Shown: positions 13,462-27,272, counted from the first letter of the stretch. The stretch is 64,000 nucleotides of DNA from Octopus vulgaris (GCA_951406725.2 OX597822.1:104780001-104844000), one strand, 5' to 3'. Notes: generated by a model not told the origin, from the sequence alone. Program-made: numbers and translations.

Positions 13462-14612
13462 CTATTTCTTTACTACCCACAAGGGGTTAAACACAGAGGG
13501 TACAAACAAGGACAGACAAACGGATTAAGTCGATTATATCGACCCCAGTGCGTGACTGGTACTTAATTTATCGATCCCGAAAGGATGGAAGGCAAAGTAG
13601 ACCTCGACGGAATTTGAACTCAGAACGTAGCGCCAGATGTAATACCTATTTCTTTGCTACCCACAAGGGGTTAAACACAGAGGGTACAAACAAGGACAGA
13701 CAAACGGATTAAGTCGATTATATCGACCCCAGTGCGTGACTGGTACTTAATTTATCGATCCCGAAAGGATGGAAGGCAAAGTAGACCTCGACGGAATTTG
13801 AACTCAGAACGTAGCGCCAGATGTAATACCTATTTCTTTGCTACCCACAAGGGGTTAAACACAGAGGGGACAAACAAGGACAGACAAACGGATTAAGTCG
13901 ATTATATCGACCCCAGTGCGTAACTGGTACTTATTTAATCGAACCCGAAAGGATGAAAGGCAAAGTCGACCTCGGTGGAATTTGAACTCAGAACGTAACG
14001 GCAGACGAAATACCTATTTCTTTACTACCCACAAGGGGCTAAACACTGAGGGGACGAACAAGGACAGACAAACGGATTAAGTCGATTATATCGACCCCAG
14101 TGCGTAACTGGTACTTAATTTATCGACCCCGAAAGGATGGAAGGCAAAGTAGACCTCGACGGAATTTGAACTCAGAACGTAGCGCCAGATGTAATACCTA
14201 TTTCTTTGCTACCCACAAGGGGTTAAACACAGAGGGGACAAACAAGGACAGACAAACGGATTAAGTCGATTATATCGACCCCAGTGCGTAACTGGTACTC
14301 ATTTAATCGAACCCGAAAGGATGAAAGGCAAAGTCGACCTCGGCGGAATTTGAACTCAGAACGTAGCGCCAGACGTAATACCTATTTCTTTGCTACCCAC
14401 AAGGGGTTAAACACAGAGGGGACAAACAAGGACAGACAAACGGATTAAGTCGATTATATCGACCCCAGTGCCTAACTGGTACTTAATTTATTGACCCCGA
14501 AAGGATAGAAGGCAAATTCGACCTCGGTGGCATTTGAACTCAGAACGTAGCGGCAGACAAAATACCACTAAGCATTTCGCCCGTCGTGCTAACATTTCTG
14601 CCAGCTTGCCGC
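13462..14612 (-). repeat. Tandem array of six 184-bp SINE A units with one head
   Basis: CTATTTCTTT.CTACCCAC starts at 13462, 13646, 13830, 14014, 14198, 14382; the head is present only at 14566-14612. Confidence 0.95.
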
Positions 14613-15289
14613 TATTCTGCCTTACACTACCGAGCTCTGAATCATAAATAAAGAGACGATCCAGCAGGCCTCCGTACAATACTCTCCTAGTTAATTTCAC
14701 TCTCATGATTTCTTCAATCTGAGTCTATGGCAGAAACGGCAGCGCAGTGGGATCGACATCGGAATGTCATGATTAAAAAATGAACTTCCTAATAACTTAA
14801 CCATGCTTTCATATGATAAATTCAAAATTAAAAAATAACTTTATTGATTTAGTTCAGTGTGTGAGACTAAATAGTCGTTCCTTCATAGCTGATAGTAATC
14901 TTCACAAGTGGAATCTAGAAGTTCTTTTTCTTAATTTTTTTTATTTTCCAAAATAGTTCAAAGAAGGTGTTGAAATATATAATGTTAGAAAATATAGGCA
15001 AAAATAAATTTTAATATTATACATAAAGAAACTTAAAGATTATACTATTTCAGTAACATTTTCTTCAAAAACACACACACACGCACACATACATATGTAT
15101 TTTATTTTAATCGGAGTGATTCATTTAAACTGGGGAAAAATTTAATTTGCTAAGTTACTATGAAACCAACATCTGTTGCACGATAGAATTATTACACGTA
15201 GGTGTGTTTCAATCCCGACAAAACCTTATAATTATTATTAAAAATATACTATTCTGTAAACTGGCAAATGTCTTATTCCTATATATTCC

Positions 15290-15352
<63 letters not shown>

Positions 15353-15355
<3 letters not shown>

Positions 15356-15496
15356 CGCAGAAGTGGCTAACCAACCACATGGTTCCGGGTTCAGTCCCAC
15401 TGCGTGGCATCTTGGGCAAGTGTCTTCTGCTATAGCCCCGGGCCGACCAATGCCTTGTGAGTGGATTTGGTAGACAGAAACTGAAAGAAGCCTGTC

Positions 15497-15571
<75 letters not shown>

Positions 15572-15775
15572 TGTGTCTGTGTTTGTCCCCCTAGCATTGC
15601 TTGACAACCTATTCTGGTGTGTTTACGTCCCCGTCACTTAGCGGTTCGGCAAAAGAGACCGATAGAATAAGTACTGGGCTTGCAAAGAATAAGTCCCGGG
15701 GTCGATTTGCTCGACTAAAGGCGGTGCTCCAGCATGGCCGCAGTCAAATGACTGAAACAAGTAAAAGAGTAAAAG

Positions 15776-15777
<2 letters not shown>
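15353..15777 (+). mobile_element. SINE group B
   Basis: Near-full copy with internal (TA)(TG) tract and GTAAAAGAGTAAAAGAG tail. Confidence 0.9.
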
Positions 15778-15807
<30 letters not shown>

Positions 15808-16326
15808 CGAACACACACGCACAATACAAACACATGTATAAATATTTAAGCACGTTTAAATATTTATAATTGTGGAAGGGAATTATATGGGGATCGTTAA
15901 ACGCCTTTAAAAGTGGAGCTAAGAAATATATTACTCGTATTATTCCACTTTTGGGAGCGATTTTCTCTTTGAACTTGCCATATTGATGCAAACTGTTGCT
16001 TCAGTCAACAATTTAGATGCACGTACTTACATAGCGAGAACTTCAAAACTGTCCTGCAGTAACCTAAGGCTTCTGAGTGGTCATTCACTGTGTTGTCATC
16101 TCTGAATTATATAATCCTCTCTCTAAGATTTTACACAATTAAATTTGGCAGAGAACTGCTATGTAAACAAGGAATGGAAAGTTCGGAGATGCTCATTTTT
16201 AATAGGCATATGAAACAGTTATTGAGAGGCGAATTGCAAACTCTTTGCGGGTTTATATAACGTATGAAAGTGTTGATAAGCTTACTTGGAAATGGACGCT
16301 TGGCGTTCAATCAAATAATAATAAGA

Positions 16327-16375
<49 letters not shown>

Positions 16376-16376
<1 letters not shown>

Positions 16377-16760
16377 CCCTTAGTGGCTGACGATATGTGC
16401 ATCTCTGATCACGAGCAGAAGTAGTGGGGGAGCATCATAGCCATGTGTTGAGAGGGATTCTTTGGGGTTTGAATAATTCACCTCTGGAAACGTGGGTGGT
16501 TCTTTCAACATCCTTAAACAACCCTTATTCAGGGACCTTTTGAACGGGATGGGCTACTCAACCTGAAGAAAATTCTAACTGGGCCCCACCTGCAAGGTCA
16601 TGTGCTGTTTATCTTGATATGAGATCACCATGTCGCGGACATATGGTTGTGATGCATGTGCCTGGTGTACCCTTATCAGACGGGTAGTCATGATGGGTAT
16701 ATTGGGCTTCGTATATTTTACCCCAGTGTCACTTTGATGGCATTCACTGCTCTCTCACTC
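16376..16760 (+). mobile_element. Interspersed repeat inserted in (AAT)n, probably an RLE-LINE 3' UTR or dependent element
   Basis: (AAT)n on both sides; partial copies at 27778-27950 (-) and about 62395-62490 (+). Confidence 0.7.
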
Positions 16761-16807
<47 letters not shown>

Positions 16808-16815
16808 TAACAATG

Positions 16816-16852
<37 letters not shown>

Positions 16853-16938
16853 CAGAGATGCACATATATATTAAAATTTTTTATGTATTGATTAAGTCTT
16901 TCCTTGTTTGATTTGCAAAATAGTGGTTTTGTCTCTAA

Positions 16939-16993
<55 letters not shown>

Positions 16994-18053
16994 AAAGAAC
17001 ATAGCTCTTCATCAGTTATCAGCTGTCTATCTACACCTCATTTCGAGCATTGAATGATTATACGAGTCTTCGAAGACAGCTGCTCCCATAAGTACCAAAA
17101 TGAAATTTGGAATTTACACAGAGTCAAAGTTGGGAACAAAAACAGGACAGCGGAGACATACAAGACAAACGAAAACAAGCAATGATGGTCTTTAAAACAG
17201 AACGAGAGGAAAATAGCGAACGCTGGAGAAATATTTCCTTTGAGAAGAGAAAATACAGAAGAGAGAGACAGGATACGCTCAGTTTTTAGGACAGAGAAGA
17301 GAAAGATGATCACGTGAGAAAAAGAAAGATGGACGATGGTTACGCGTGAGCAACGAGAGAGAGAGAATAATGAAGAAAGAAGGCGAGAGAGAAAGACAGA
17401 TAGAAAACGATGAAGGGGAAAAATATATGAATTAGAGAAAGGATGTGAAACCAAGCAGCCGATGCTGTACTATTCACGCATTTTTACAGTATGCTAGTTT
17501 TACAGTACACTAGTTTTACCGAGCAGTTGTATTGAGAAGACCTAATGGCAGGTAAAATACACAAACACAAACACACATAGGGTTAACCAGGCAACCATTG
17601 GCTTAATGTTAAAGGAGATATCTCTTAACATGAAACCAATATTAGCCTGGATAACCACAAAGAATATTTATCAGCACTGTTCGAAATTAACGTACGCGCG
17701 CGTGAGCACACAAAAAAACACTCACAAAAACAAACACAGGCATATTTGTGAGTGTATATATGTTTCAAAGATGAACATCTTTGGTTTGCGAAGAATCTTG
17801 AGATCAAAGAAGGTTTTGAAATTCTAACGAAGCCCCGTCTTAGACTCTATATTAGTTATTTAGGTCTGAATCATACTTTAATTTGGAACTCTGTTATATA
17901 GCCCCACTTGTCGAAGCCGTGTATACATTCACTACAGAAATACACATATACAAACGCATGAGCGGCATGCACCTATATATGTATGTACATATTTATGTAT
18001 GTATGTACGTATGCATGTACAGGCGTAGGTATATGTGTATGTATGTATGTATG

Positions 18054-18100
<47 letters not shown>

Positions 18101-18233
18101 ATATATATGTATATATACATGTATATATATATGTGTATATATATATATATACACATATATATATACATGTATACATATATGGTAACTTATACGCTTCTAC
18201 ATAGACATATGCGCATGAGTGTAGTACCGTATA

Positions 18234-18272
<39 letters not shown>

Positions 18273-18311
18273 TATATAATGTATATATATAATTATATAT
18301 ATGTATAATGT

Positions 18312-18395
<84 letters not shown>

Positions 18396-19165
18396 GTATG
18401 TTTGTATGTTTGTATGTATATACATATGTATGCATGCATGTATGTAGTATGTATGTACGTATGTATGTATGCATGTATGTATGTACATGTGTAAGTATGT
18501 ATGTAGGTATGTATAAGAAATGTCCAACGCATAGTGAGCATTATGATTCTCCAAACACATTCAGTACAAGATTACAATGACGTAGCGTGTGCGTCTCTAT
18601 TCTAAAAACTTGCACATCTAAGCTTCAATTTCGCCAACTCTTCCTTAGTCACTTTGTCTCTCTCTCTCTCTCTCATTCCCTACCTGCCTAATATAATTGT
18701 CCCAGAAATGTGCAACATCATGTTTATGTACCATATTTTATAGAAATTCAGGCCATCAGATTCAGGATTGCCGTTGTAAATGTTCGTGTTGTTTCTCTCG
18801 GAGGATTAGGTTGTTAATGACTACGTTCTTGTGTAACGTCATGGCGGGATTCATCAAAGAAGAAATTATTGTTGATAATGACTGCTTCTATATTATATAT
18901 GGTGCCCACATTTTCCACATGATCATTTCGACGCTAGACATTTCAAATAAACGCGTGCTTTGTGCGTACGTATATGCCTATGTATGTATATGTGTGTTCG
19001 TGTGCACGTGCGTCTGTATGCATGCGCATGTATTGATGTATGTGTATATTTACCTACCTATTCAACAGATATAGGGATATGTGTGTTTGTATGAATAGAC
19101 CTATACATATATACATATATATATACATACATACACACACACTCACACACATATATAAATATGCG

Positions 19166-19198
<33 letters not shown>

Positions 19199-19318
19199 GT
19201 ATGTATGTATGTATGTATAAATATAAATGTATGTGAGTATATACAAATAAGAATGTATCTATATGTATATGTATATGTAGGTTCATATATATACACACAC
19301 ACATAATTATGTATATTC

Positions 19319-19350
<32 letters not shown>

Positions 19351-19395
19351 ATATGTATATATATATTTATATACATATGAATATACATATATACG

Positions 19396-19464
<69 letters not shown>

Positions 19465-19496
19465 GTATATATGTATATTCATATGTATATAAATAA

Positions 19497-19536
<40 letters not shown>

Positions 19537-20251
19537 TCTTGCACACACATGAAATGCGGATATTATGTATACATACGCACATACTCACATGCTCACACAC
19601 GCACACACATACCTATAGACACACACATATTTATATGTATGTATGTACGAACGTACGTATCTATGTATGTACGTATTATGTATGTATGTATGTATGTATG
19701 TATGTATGTATGTATGTATGTATGTATCTATGTATGTGTGTAAGTACGTACGTACGTACGAACGTATGTACGTATATCTGTATGCATGTACATATATATG
19801 TATATATAAATGCTTGTAGGTATGTATTTGTGCACATATTTATGGACGTATGTACGTACATATTTATGGACGTATGTACGTACATATATACAATGGATGA
19901 ATTTACGAGCGGCAACAAAAAATTTTCAAAAAAGAAACGAGTATAAACCAAAAAAAAAACCTATACAGAAATGTAAATGTGCCATGATTTATAACATTGG
20001 AAAGAAAATACAAGAGCGGACAGCTTTAATTGACAGCTAATTTACCTCCGATTTCACGGTACTTTCCAAATGCCATGAATCAGTTTTCTTTCAGTTTTGA
20101 TTATTGAAAGTGGTAAATACGTACGCGTATTGCCATTCTCGTTGTATATATTAATAATAGGGCTTCATTAGCTCATGATGTTGCAGTATGAGGAACACTG
20201 CTGTCTTTTCCTCCTGAAGTATTGAGTACTTTTCATTTATAAATCGAGATA

Positions 20252-20907
20252 CACACACACACATACACACATATACGTATGTATGTGTGTGTATGCATGC
20301 ATGCATGTATATATGTATGTGTGTGTGTATGCATGTATGTATGTATGTATGCGTGTATGTATGTATGTATGCATGTATGTATGTGTGTATGCATGTATGT
20401 ATGTATGTATGTATGTATGTATGTATGTATGTATGTATGTATGTATGTATGTATGTGTGTATGTATGTATGTATGTATGTATGTATGTGTGTATGCATGT
20501 ATGTATGTATGTATGTATGTATGTATGTATGTATGTGTGTATGTATGTATGTATGTGTGTATGCATGCATGTATGTATGTATGTATGTATGTATGTGTGT
20601 ATGCATGTATGTATGTATGTATGTATGTATGTATGTATGTATGTATGTATGTGTGTATGCATGTATGTATGTATGTATGTATGTATGTGTGTATGCATGT
20701 ATGTATGTATGTATCTATGTGTGTATGCATGTATGCATGTATGTATGTATGTATGTATGTATGTATGTGTGTATGCATGTATGTATGTATGTATGTATGT
20801 ATGTATGTATGTATGTATGCATGCATGCATGCATGCATGTATGTATGAATGTATGTATGTATGTATGTATGTATGTATGTATGTATGCATGCATGCATGC
20901 ATGCATG

Positions 20908-20938
<31 letters not shown>

Positions 20939-21055
20939 GTATGTATGCATGTATGTATGTATGGATGGATGGATGGATGGATGGATGCATGCATGAAAAA
21001 ACTGATGGTTGGATGGATGGATGGATGGATGGATGGATGGATGGATGGATGGATG
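20252..21055. repeat. Long compound (ATGT)n/(ATGC)n/(ATGG)n microsatellite
   Basis: Read directly; source of the long spurious MYVC/HTYI ORFs. Confidence 0.98.
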
Positions 21056-21062
21056 TAACAGC

Positions 21063-21143
21063 GATAGTTACTTCCAAATTTCGGCCTGCTAGCTTTCGTC
21101 TGACCGATGAAGGCTAGCAAGTCGAAAATTCGAAGTCACTATC
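21063..21143. repeat. 81-bp imperfect palindrome made of two hammerhead-core halves
   Basis: Arms CCGATGAAGGCTAGCAAGTCGAAAATTCGAAGTCACTATC and the reverse complement CAGACGAAAGCTAGCAGGCCGAAATTTGGAAGTAACTATC, about 8/40 mismatches. Confidence 0.75.
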
Positions 21144-21314
21144 AACACTCTTGTTGCAAATATAAAATGTGCACTCTACAAAGGATTATTATATGGTTTC
21201 TACAACTCAGCATAAAAACAAAAATTAAGATAAATGCATGTGTGAAGAAATAGGTGTAAGCGTGTATGTATACATATACATATGCATACTTATATACATA
21301 TGTGCTATATTATA

Positions 21315-21373
<59 letters not shown>

Positions 21374-21420
21374 TTATACATGCGATTCTCTATCTGTCTA
21401 TCTATCTGTCTATCTATCTG

Positions 21421-21524
<104 letters not shown>

Positions 21525-21525
21525 G

Positions 21526-21560
<35 letters not shown>

Positions 21561-21746
21561 GCTAGCTAGCTATAAAACATATACACATGAATACTCTTGT
21601 ACGCACACGTACATTGGATCTGAAATTTTTAGTCCAACAAAATATATCCTGTTTCGTCCGAGGACGTCGTCAGTGACTGAAGACTGTCTCAAAGGCCAGC
21701 TTTTCTTCAATAGTGCTCTAGATAGATAAGTAGATAGATAGATAGT

Positions 21747-21845
<99 letters not shown>

Positions 21846-22497
21846 GTATATAGTTAACAAAAAAATTTAAGAAAACATGGAAATAAAAATGACTGAATGT
21901 ATGGATGGTGAAGGTCCTTGTCTACAGAGTATCAAAAATAGTGGTTGCGAATAAGTGTTCACAGATTAGAGCATTGAATTATATGTATGAATGTGGTGGT
22001 TAGGGTCACGCGATTAAGAAAGCCTTTTTTTAAATCATAAAATTGCTTTAATTCTACTCGCAATTATACATTTGATCACATTTTAAATTTGTAACATTTA
22101 AATACAGAGATAGAGAACAAAAGAGTGATGAATATGGAAAAGAAGGAAAAAGAAGGGGGCAAAGCAGTAGAAGACTGATTTGGAGGGGGCTATTGGTCAT
22201 ACACACTAGAACAAGTAGTGTGCTAAACCGCGCCTCTCTTTAACGACCGATATGGCGTTGCTGTGGAGGATGGCTAGTGATACACCGTGTTGCAGCCACT
22301 CCACTCTCGCGGGGCTAATTATTTGTCAGACGGGCCAACTTTACACCGATTTGCGGACGAAGTCAGTAGTACGGAGGTTTGCAGCTTCGGGTGGCTTCCA
22401 GAATGAAGGAGGTAGAAGTGACCTTGTTGGTGATGATTGGGGGAGGGGGAAGGACTAAGGGACGAAGGAAGAACGATGTGATAACAGACAGCGAAAC

Positions 22498-22731
22498 CTA
22501 TTTCTTTACTACCCACAAGGGGCTTCACACAGAGGGGACAAACAAGGACAGACAATCGAATTAAGTCGATTACATTGACCCCAGTGCGTAACTGGTACTT
22601 AATTTATCGACCCCGAAAGGGTGAAAGGTAAAGTCGACCTCGGCGGAATTTGAACTCAGAACGTAACGGCAGACGAAATACGGCTACGCATTTCGCCCGG
22701 CGTGCTAACGTTTCAGCCAGCTCGCCGCCTT
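22498..22731 (-). mobile_element. SINE group A monomer with 15-bp TSD
   Basis: ACAGACAGCGAAACC at 22484-22498 and 22732-22746. Confidence 0.92.
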
Positions 22732-23381
22732 ACAGACAGCGAAACCGAAACAGAACAATCAAAAACTGACAGATACACACTCATAGGCGCGCATACACTC
22801 ATACATATCTTGAAGGTTGTCGACGAATTTTTTGCAAGGGCGATCATAGACAGTGAAACCGAGGAATAGAGCAGTTGTACGCATATAAATGGAAACACAC
22901 ATACGCGTGAAGACACGTACACACATCTTCAAAGACATACGTATATGCAGGCACATATACGATCACCGGTAAAGTCGTACAGGTATAGAAAAACACCAGA
23001 TCTTATAGTGGTAGGTTTTCGGAGTTGAAGAGGTCGATGGAAAATGGCAATATGTATATGAGAGTGTGTACGTGTGTGCGCTCGTATGCGCGTATGTGTA
23101 TTTTTTGTGAGCCGTGATAGATTAAAAAACAAAGAAAATGTAGATCAAAGAAGGAACGATTGAAAGAGAAAAAAAAAATCGAATAAGGAAAAAGGAAGAT
23201 GAAAATAATGAGAGAAAGAGAAGATAAATGTCGAGCGTAATAAAAACATCCGATCGAGCGACGTGGCATGCTCGTTTTCGGTATATAGAATAATATAAAT
23301 ACTGATAGAAACATGGCGGGTGTGCGAGCCTTGTTTGTAATGCTGTGTGTTTGTTGTCTGCAATAGGAAATGAAGGCCATT

Positions 23382-23550
23382 TTGACAACCGATGCTGGTG
23401 TGTTTACGTCCCCGTAACTTAGTGGTTCGGCAAAATAGCCCGATAGAATAAGTACTAGGCTTATAAAGAATAAGTTCTGGGGTCGATTTGCTCGACTAAA
23501 GGCGGTGCTCCAGTATGGCCAAAGTCAAATGACTGAAACAAATAAAAGTA
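23382..23550 (+). mobile_element. SINE group B 3' half
   Basis: TTGACAACCGATGCTGG...GACTGAAACAAATAAAAG. Confidence 0.85.
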
Positions 23551-23565
23551 AATATACATACATAC

Positions 23566-23596
<31 letters not shown>

Positions 23597-24098
23597 TAAA
23601 TTTTTCTTTTTCTTTTCCTTATTCCCTTCATTCATACCTTCAGGGGTTTTATTATTTATTTTTGTTTTTACTAATCTTCTTTCCTCTTTCTCTTTAATTC
23701 TTTCTTTCTCTCCTCTCTTTTATCTCTCCCTTTTCTTTTTGTCATTCCTCTCTTCCTGTTTTCGATTTAACCAAACTAATACACTCCCTATTTCTAGGTC
23801 AGCTTAAATACAAACCTCGAATCTGCTACATTCTATATAAATTCCCTACTGGGAAGGGCCAACTTTAAGAGAATATTACATTGCTTAGAAACTTTACATT
23901 TGGATGAACTCATATTAAACTCTGTTGGACTTTTGGATTTTACTCAAAGGATATTGGAATATTACACATATATACCATTATGCCTATAAAACGGATTTAT
24001 GAACCATACATATATTACATCTATTTTCTTTCCTCCACCTCACTCTCTATTTATATCACATCGAAACTAACTATGACTTAACTTTTTCTCTCACACCA

Positions 24099-24151
24099 TC
24101 TCCGATGAAGGGATGTAATTATTAATTAATATTCTAGAAACAGCTGTAAGA
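24099..24151 (+). ncRNA. Hammerhead-like motif with CCGATGA core in a TA-flanked repeat (~23600-24220)
   Basis: TCT CCGATGA AGGGAT...ATTCT A GAAAC AGCT GTA AGA; palindromic stem III ACAGCTGT. Confidence 0.6.
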
Positions 24152-24223
24152 CCTTCTATCTATAAATGCTCTAATATCTATACAGCTTTGGTCTTTTTAT
24201 CTCATTACACAAACAATTCATAT

Positions 24224-24298
<75 letters not shown>

Positions 24299-24328
24299 AT
24301 CAAAATAAGCAACAAGAATATTTTCGGT

Positions 24329-24418
24329 AATTTTGTACGATCGTTTCACGCTACATCATTTTATTAAACATTGCAAGTATTACAACAGTTTTAAAATGTT
24401 GAGCAATCATCAGCCATT
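24329..24418 (-). ncRNA. Hammerhead motif with canonical core and decayed stem I
   Basis: Minus strand CTGATGA TTGCTCAACATTTTA...TAAAATGATGTAGCG T GAAAC GATC GTA; palindromic stem III ACGATCGT. Confidence 0.6.
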
Positions 24419-24963
24419 TATAGAGGTTTTCCATCAATACATATACTTATTTCCATGTTAATTGATAACATTAGAAAGAGGGTAGATATACAGACAGATA
24501 TGTTGATTTGAATGTTAAGAACATTAAGGTATTAGAATCTATCTTCTGACTGAAGAATTTTCTTTAAGTTATTTTGATAAGCTAGAAAGTGGGGAGGGAT
24601 CTTCTGTTGAATGGAGACAAAAGAAATTTTCTATTTATAGTACTAGGTAGGGGCGAAATAAATGTCAGGAGTAATTCCTGAAGAAATTAAAGTGGAAGAG
24701 GGATTATATTGTACCAAATTACCGAAGATATCACCCCATGGATTTATATGGATAACACCGTACAAAATTCTGGTGCGTCTGACATAAGTACCATGAATCT
24801 AAATTTTGCTGAACGTATATATATATATATACATGTATGTATACACACACACATATATATTTAATTATATATACGCTCAGGCCATCAAGCCATTCATATG
24901 CTAGAAACAACAGCCAATCTCACAAAACTGCGATAACATACTCAAATCGAAATCTAGTACTTT

Positions 24964-25255
24964 TAATTACACTATTTACATTTGACGGATATTTGTCCTT
25001 ATCTTGTTTGTTGTTAACACAACGTTTCGGCTGATATACCTTCCAGCCTTCATCAGATGTCTTGGGGAAATACCATAGGAATGAGAACCCAGGTTCGATA
25101 TTTTCCCAAGACATCTGATGGAGGCTGGAAGGTATATCAGCCGAAACGTTGTATTAACAACAAACAAGATGAGGACAAATATCCGTCAAATGTAAATAAT
25201 GCAATTAATGTAAATAATGTATATAAATTCCTCATCTCTTAAATACAGAACTATG
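24964..25255. mobile_element. Fold-back element with a hammerhead in each arm
   Basis: Arms ~24964-25071 and 25100-25207; minus arm GACAT CTGATGA A GGCTG...CAGCC GAAAC GTT GTGTT; short right tail. Confidence 0.75.
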
Positions 25256-26093
25256 GCACTCTTAGTTTTCATACTTGTTTTCCACACATATTTTTTCACC
25301 TATTAGACTGTTTTTTTTCTCTCACGTTTTAGTGACCGGGCGCTGCCGTGATCCTTTTACTATAACGCATAGAGAAACAGACAAAACAACCGTTCATTTT
25401 CACTTTTAGACAGCGGGATGGCGGGGGTAGGTGGGAAATTTGGGGTCGAAAATTTTTAATAAAATATTTGTAATTAAAATTTGAATTTGTGTTTTTTTTT
25501 TTCCATATTCTTAATCTCCTTATTTTCTCACGTAGATAGATGCCAAAAACAAAAAAAAAATCGAAAACCGGTTTTAAAAAAAAGTAAAAGATCAAACACA
25601 AAAAACACCCCACTTTAGTTTCGCATGAATTACTTTGTCATATTACTGCGGGAAATTACTCTGCATCGTAATCTTCGTATTTTTCTACGTATTTCACATG
25701 AAAAAAAAAAAAATTCCGGAAAAAGTGAAAAAATGAAGGAGGGGATGTGGTGTGGAGGTAATTGAAATTTTGAAAATGCGACTTTTCAAAATATTTTTTT
25801 TAGAATCGGATCCTCCATAACCAAAAACGTGGGATTCCGTAAAAAAAAAAAATCAATATACATTTTACCGGAAGTTATAACTTTTCCGAAAGACCCCTCC
25901 CCACACACCCAGGGTCGACAGCGCGCATTTTTTCTTTTTTCATATTCGTTTCCTACATCCTTGTTTATTATTTTTTCTTTTGTTCCCGGGTGAAGAATTT
26001 TATATTAACCGACAAATCAATGTAAATGATATCACTTCCATGATATCACTGCATCAGGGCATATTACTGTTATTCTTATTATAATAAAAGAAA

Positions 26094-26160
<67 letters not shown>

Positions 26161-26192
26161 TATTATTATCATTATCATTATTATTATTATTA

Positions 26193-26249
<57 letters not shown>

Positions 26250-26634
26250 TACTTTATAAGGATTGACGTAACTCCCCACAAAGATAAATTGACAATACGA
26301 AGAGTGTGATGCGATTGCAAGTGATGTTTTATTGGATTGAATATTTCGACGGCATGCAAGTCTTTATTGAGTTCAGTGATAATTTTGAATTTCTATTTAT
26401 CACTTTTCAGTTTGAAATATTGTCCAAATATTGTTCAAACCAATAAAAATTCTATTAGAATCTCATCTCGCTCTTCGTATTGCCTACTATTTCTATTTCT
26501 TTACTACCCACAAGGGGCTAAACACAGAGGGGACAAACAAGAACAGACAAACATATTAAGTCGATTATATCGACCCCAGTGCGTAACCGGTACTTATTTA
26601 ATCGACCCCAAAAGGATGCCTACTATTTCTGTTT

Positions 26635-26790
26635 AGCACAGGTTTTGTTGGAGCGCCCGGAGTCTTGCATGCGTAGTGGGCTTGTTACCTGCTGCCTACG
26701 GTACTATACTATCCGTTCTTTTCAGCTATCTAATACTTTCCTGGTTATTCTGGCCGTGCCAAGGTGGCATACCATTCTTAACAATTCTAC
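26635..26790 (-). mobile_element. RLE non-LTR retrotransposon C-terminal remnant
   Basis: Minus strand CHLGTARITRKVLDS*. Confidence 0.5.
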
Positions 26791-27218
26791 TGGGCACTCT
26801 ATTTTCATTCCTGATCCAGTATTCAATTACCGTTCGATTTGCCTCCTTACCCCACCTTCTTCTTTGCATCTGGCTTTGTGTACAAGCAGTCTCTGGATGA
26901 CGACTGCGCCGGCGCTGTTCAACCACAGTGCACCGGCCGGCCGAAAGGCTTTCGCCTTTGGTTCCAGTCTCATTATGACCGTTATTTCCTGCATTTGTAT
27001 TAGACATTTTCACTCAACAATGAGATTTCAGTTTTAAGGTTAGCCACCAACCAGTAATTTTATCGAAACACCATCTCTTGTAAGATTGTCAACCAAGACA
27101 GACAGACAGAGCTCCTACAATCCATAATTTGGGCCTGTTCCCTTCGCATTTCTGTGTGCTGGGGGCCATGGTAATGTTTCTCACTAGGAGACAGGTAAGA
27201 GTCAGTTGATCCCGTATG

Positions 27219-27267
<49 letters not shown>

Positions 27268-27272
<5 letters not shown>

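Noticed and set aside
13462-14612. CRISPR-like array
   Set aside because: No unique spacers; whole 184-bp units repeat and match a dispersed SINE; eukaryotic context with no cas genes.
16990-17085. Possible type II hammerhead on the minus strand (GCTC GAAA...CTGATGA AGAGC)
   Set aside because: Stem I could not be paired next to the core.
17883-21120. Long ORFs of 150-295 aa ([12 protein letters not shown] repeats)
   Set aside because: Translations of stop-free microsatellites; they are open in several frames on both strands.
25328-25935. Possible DNA transposon or Helitron-like fragment
   Set aside because: Composition is repeat-like, but no termini, second copy or coding motif could be identified.
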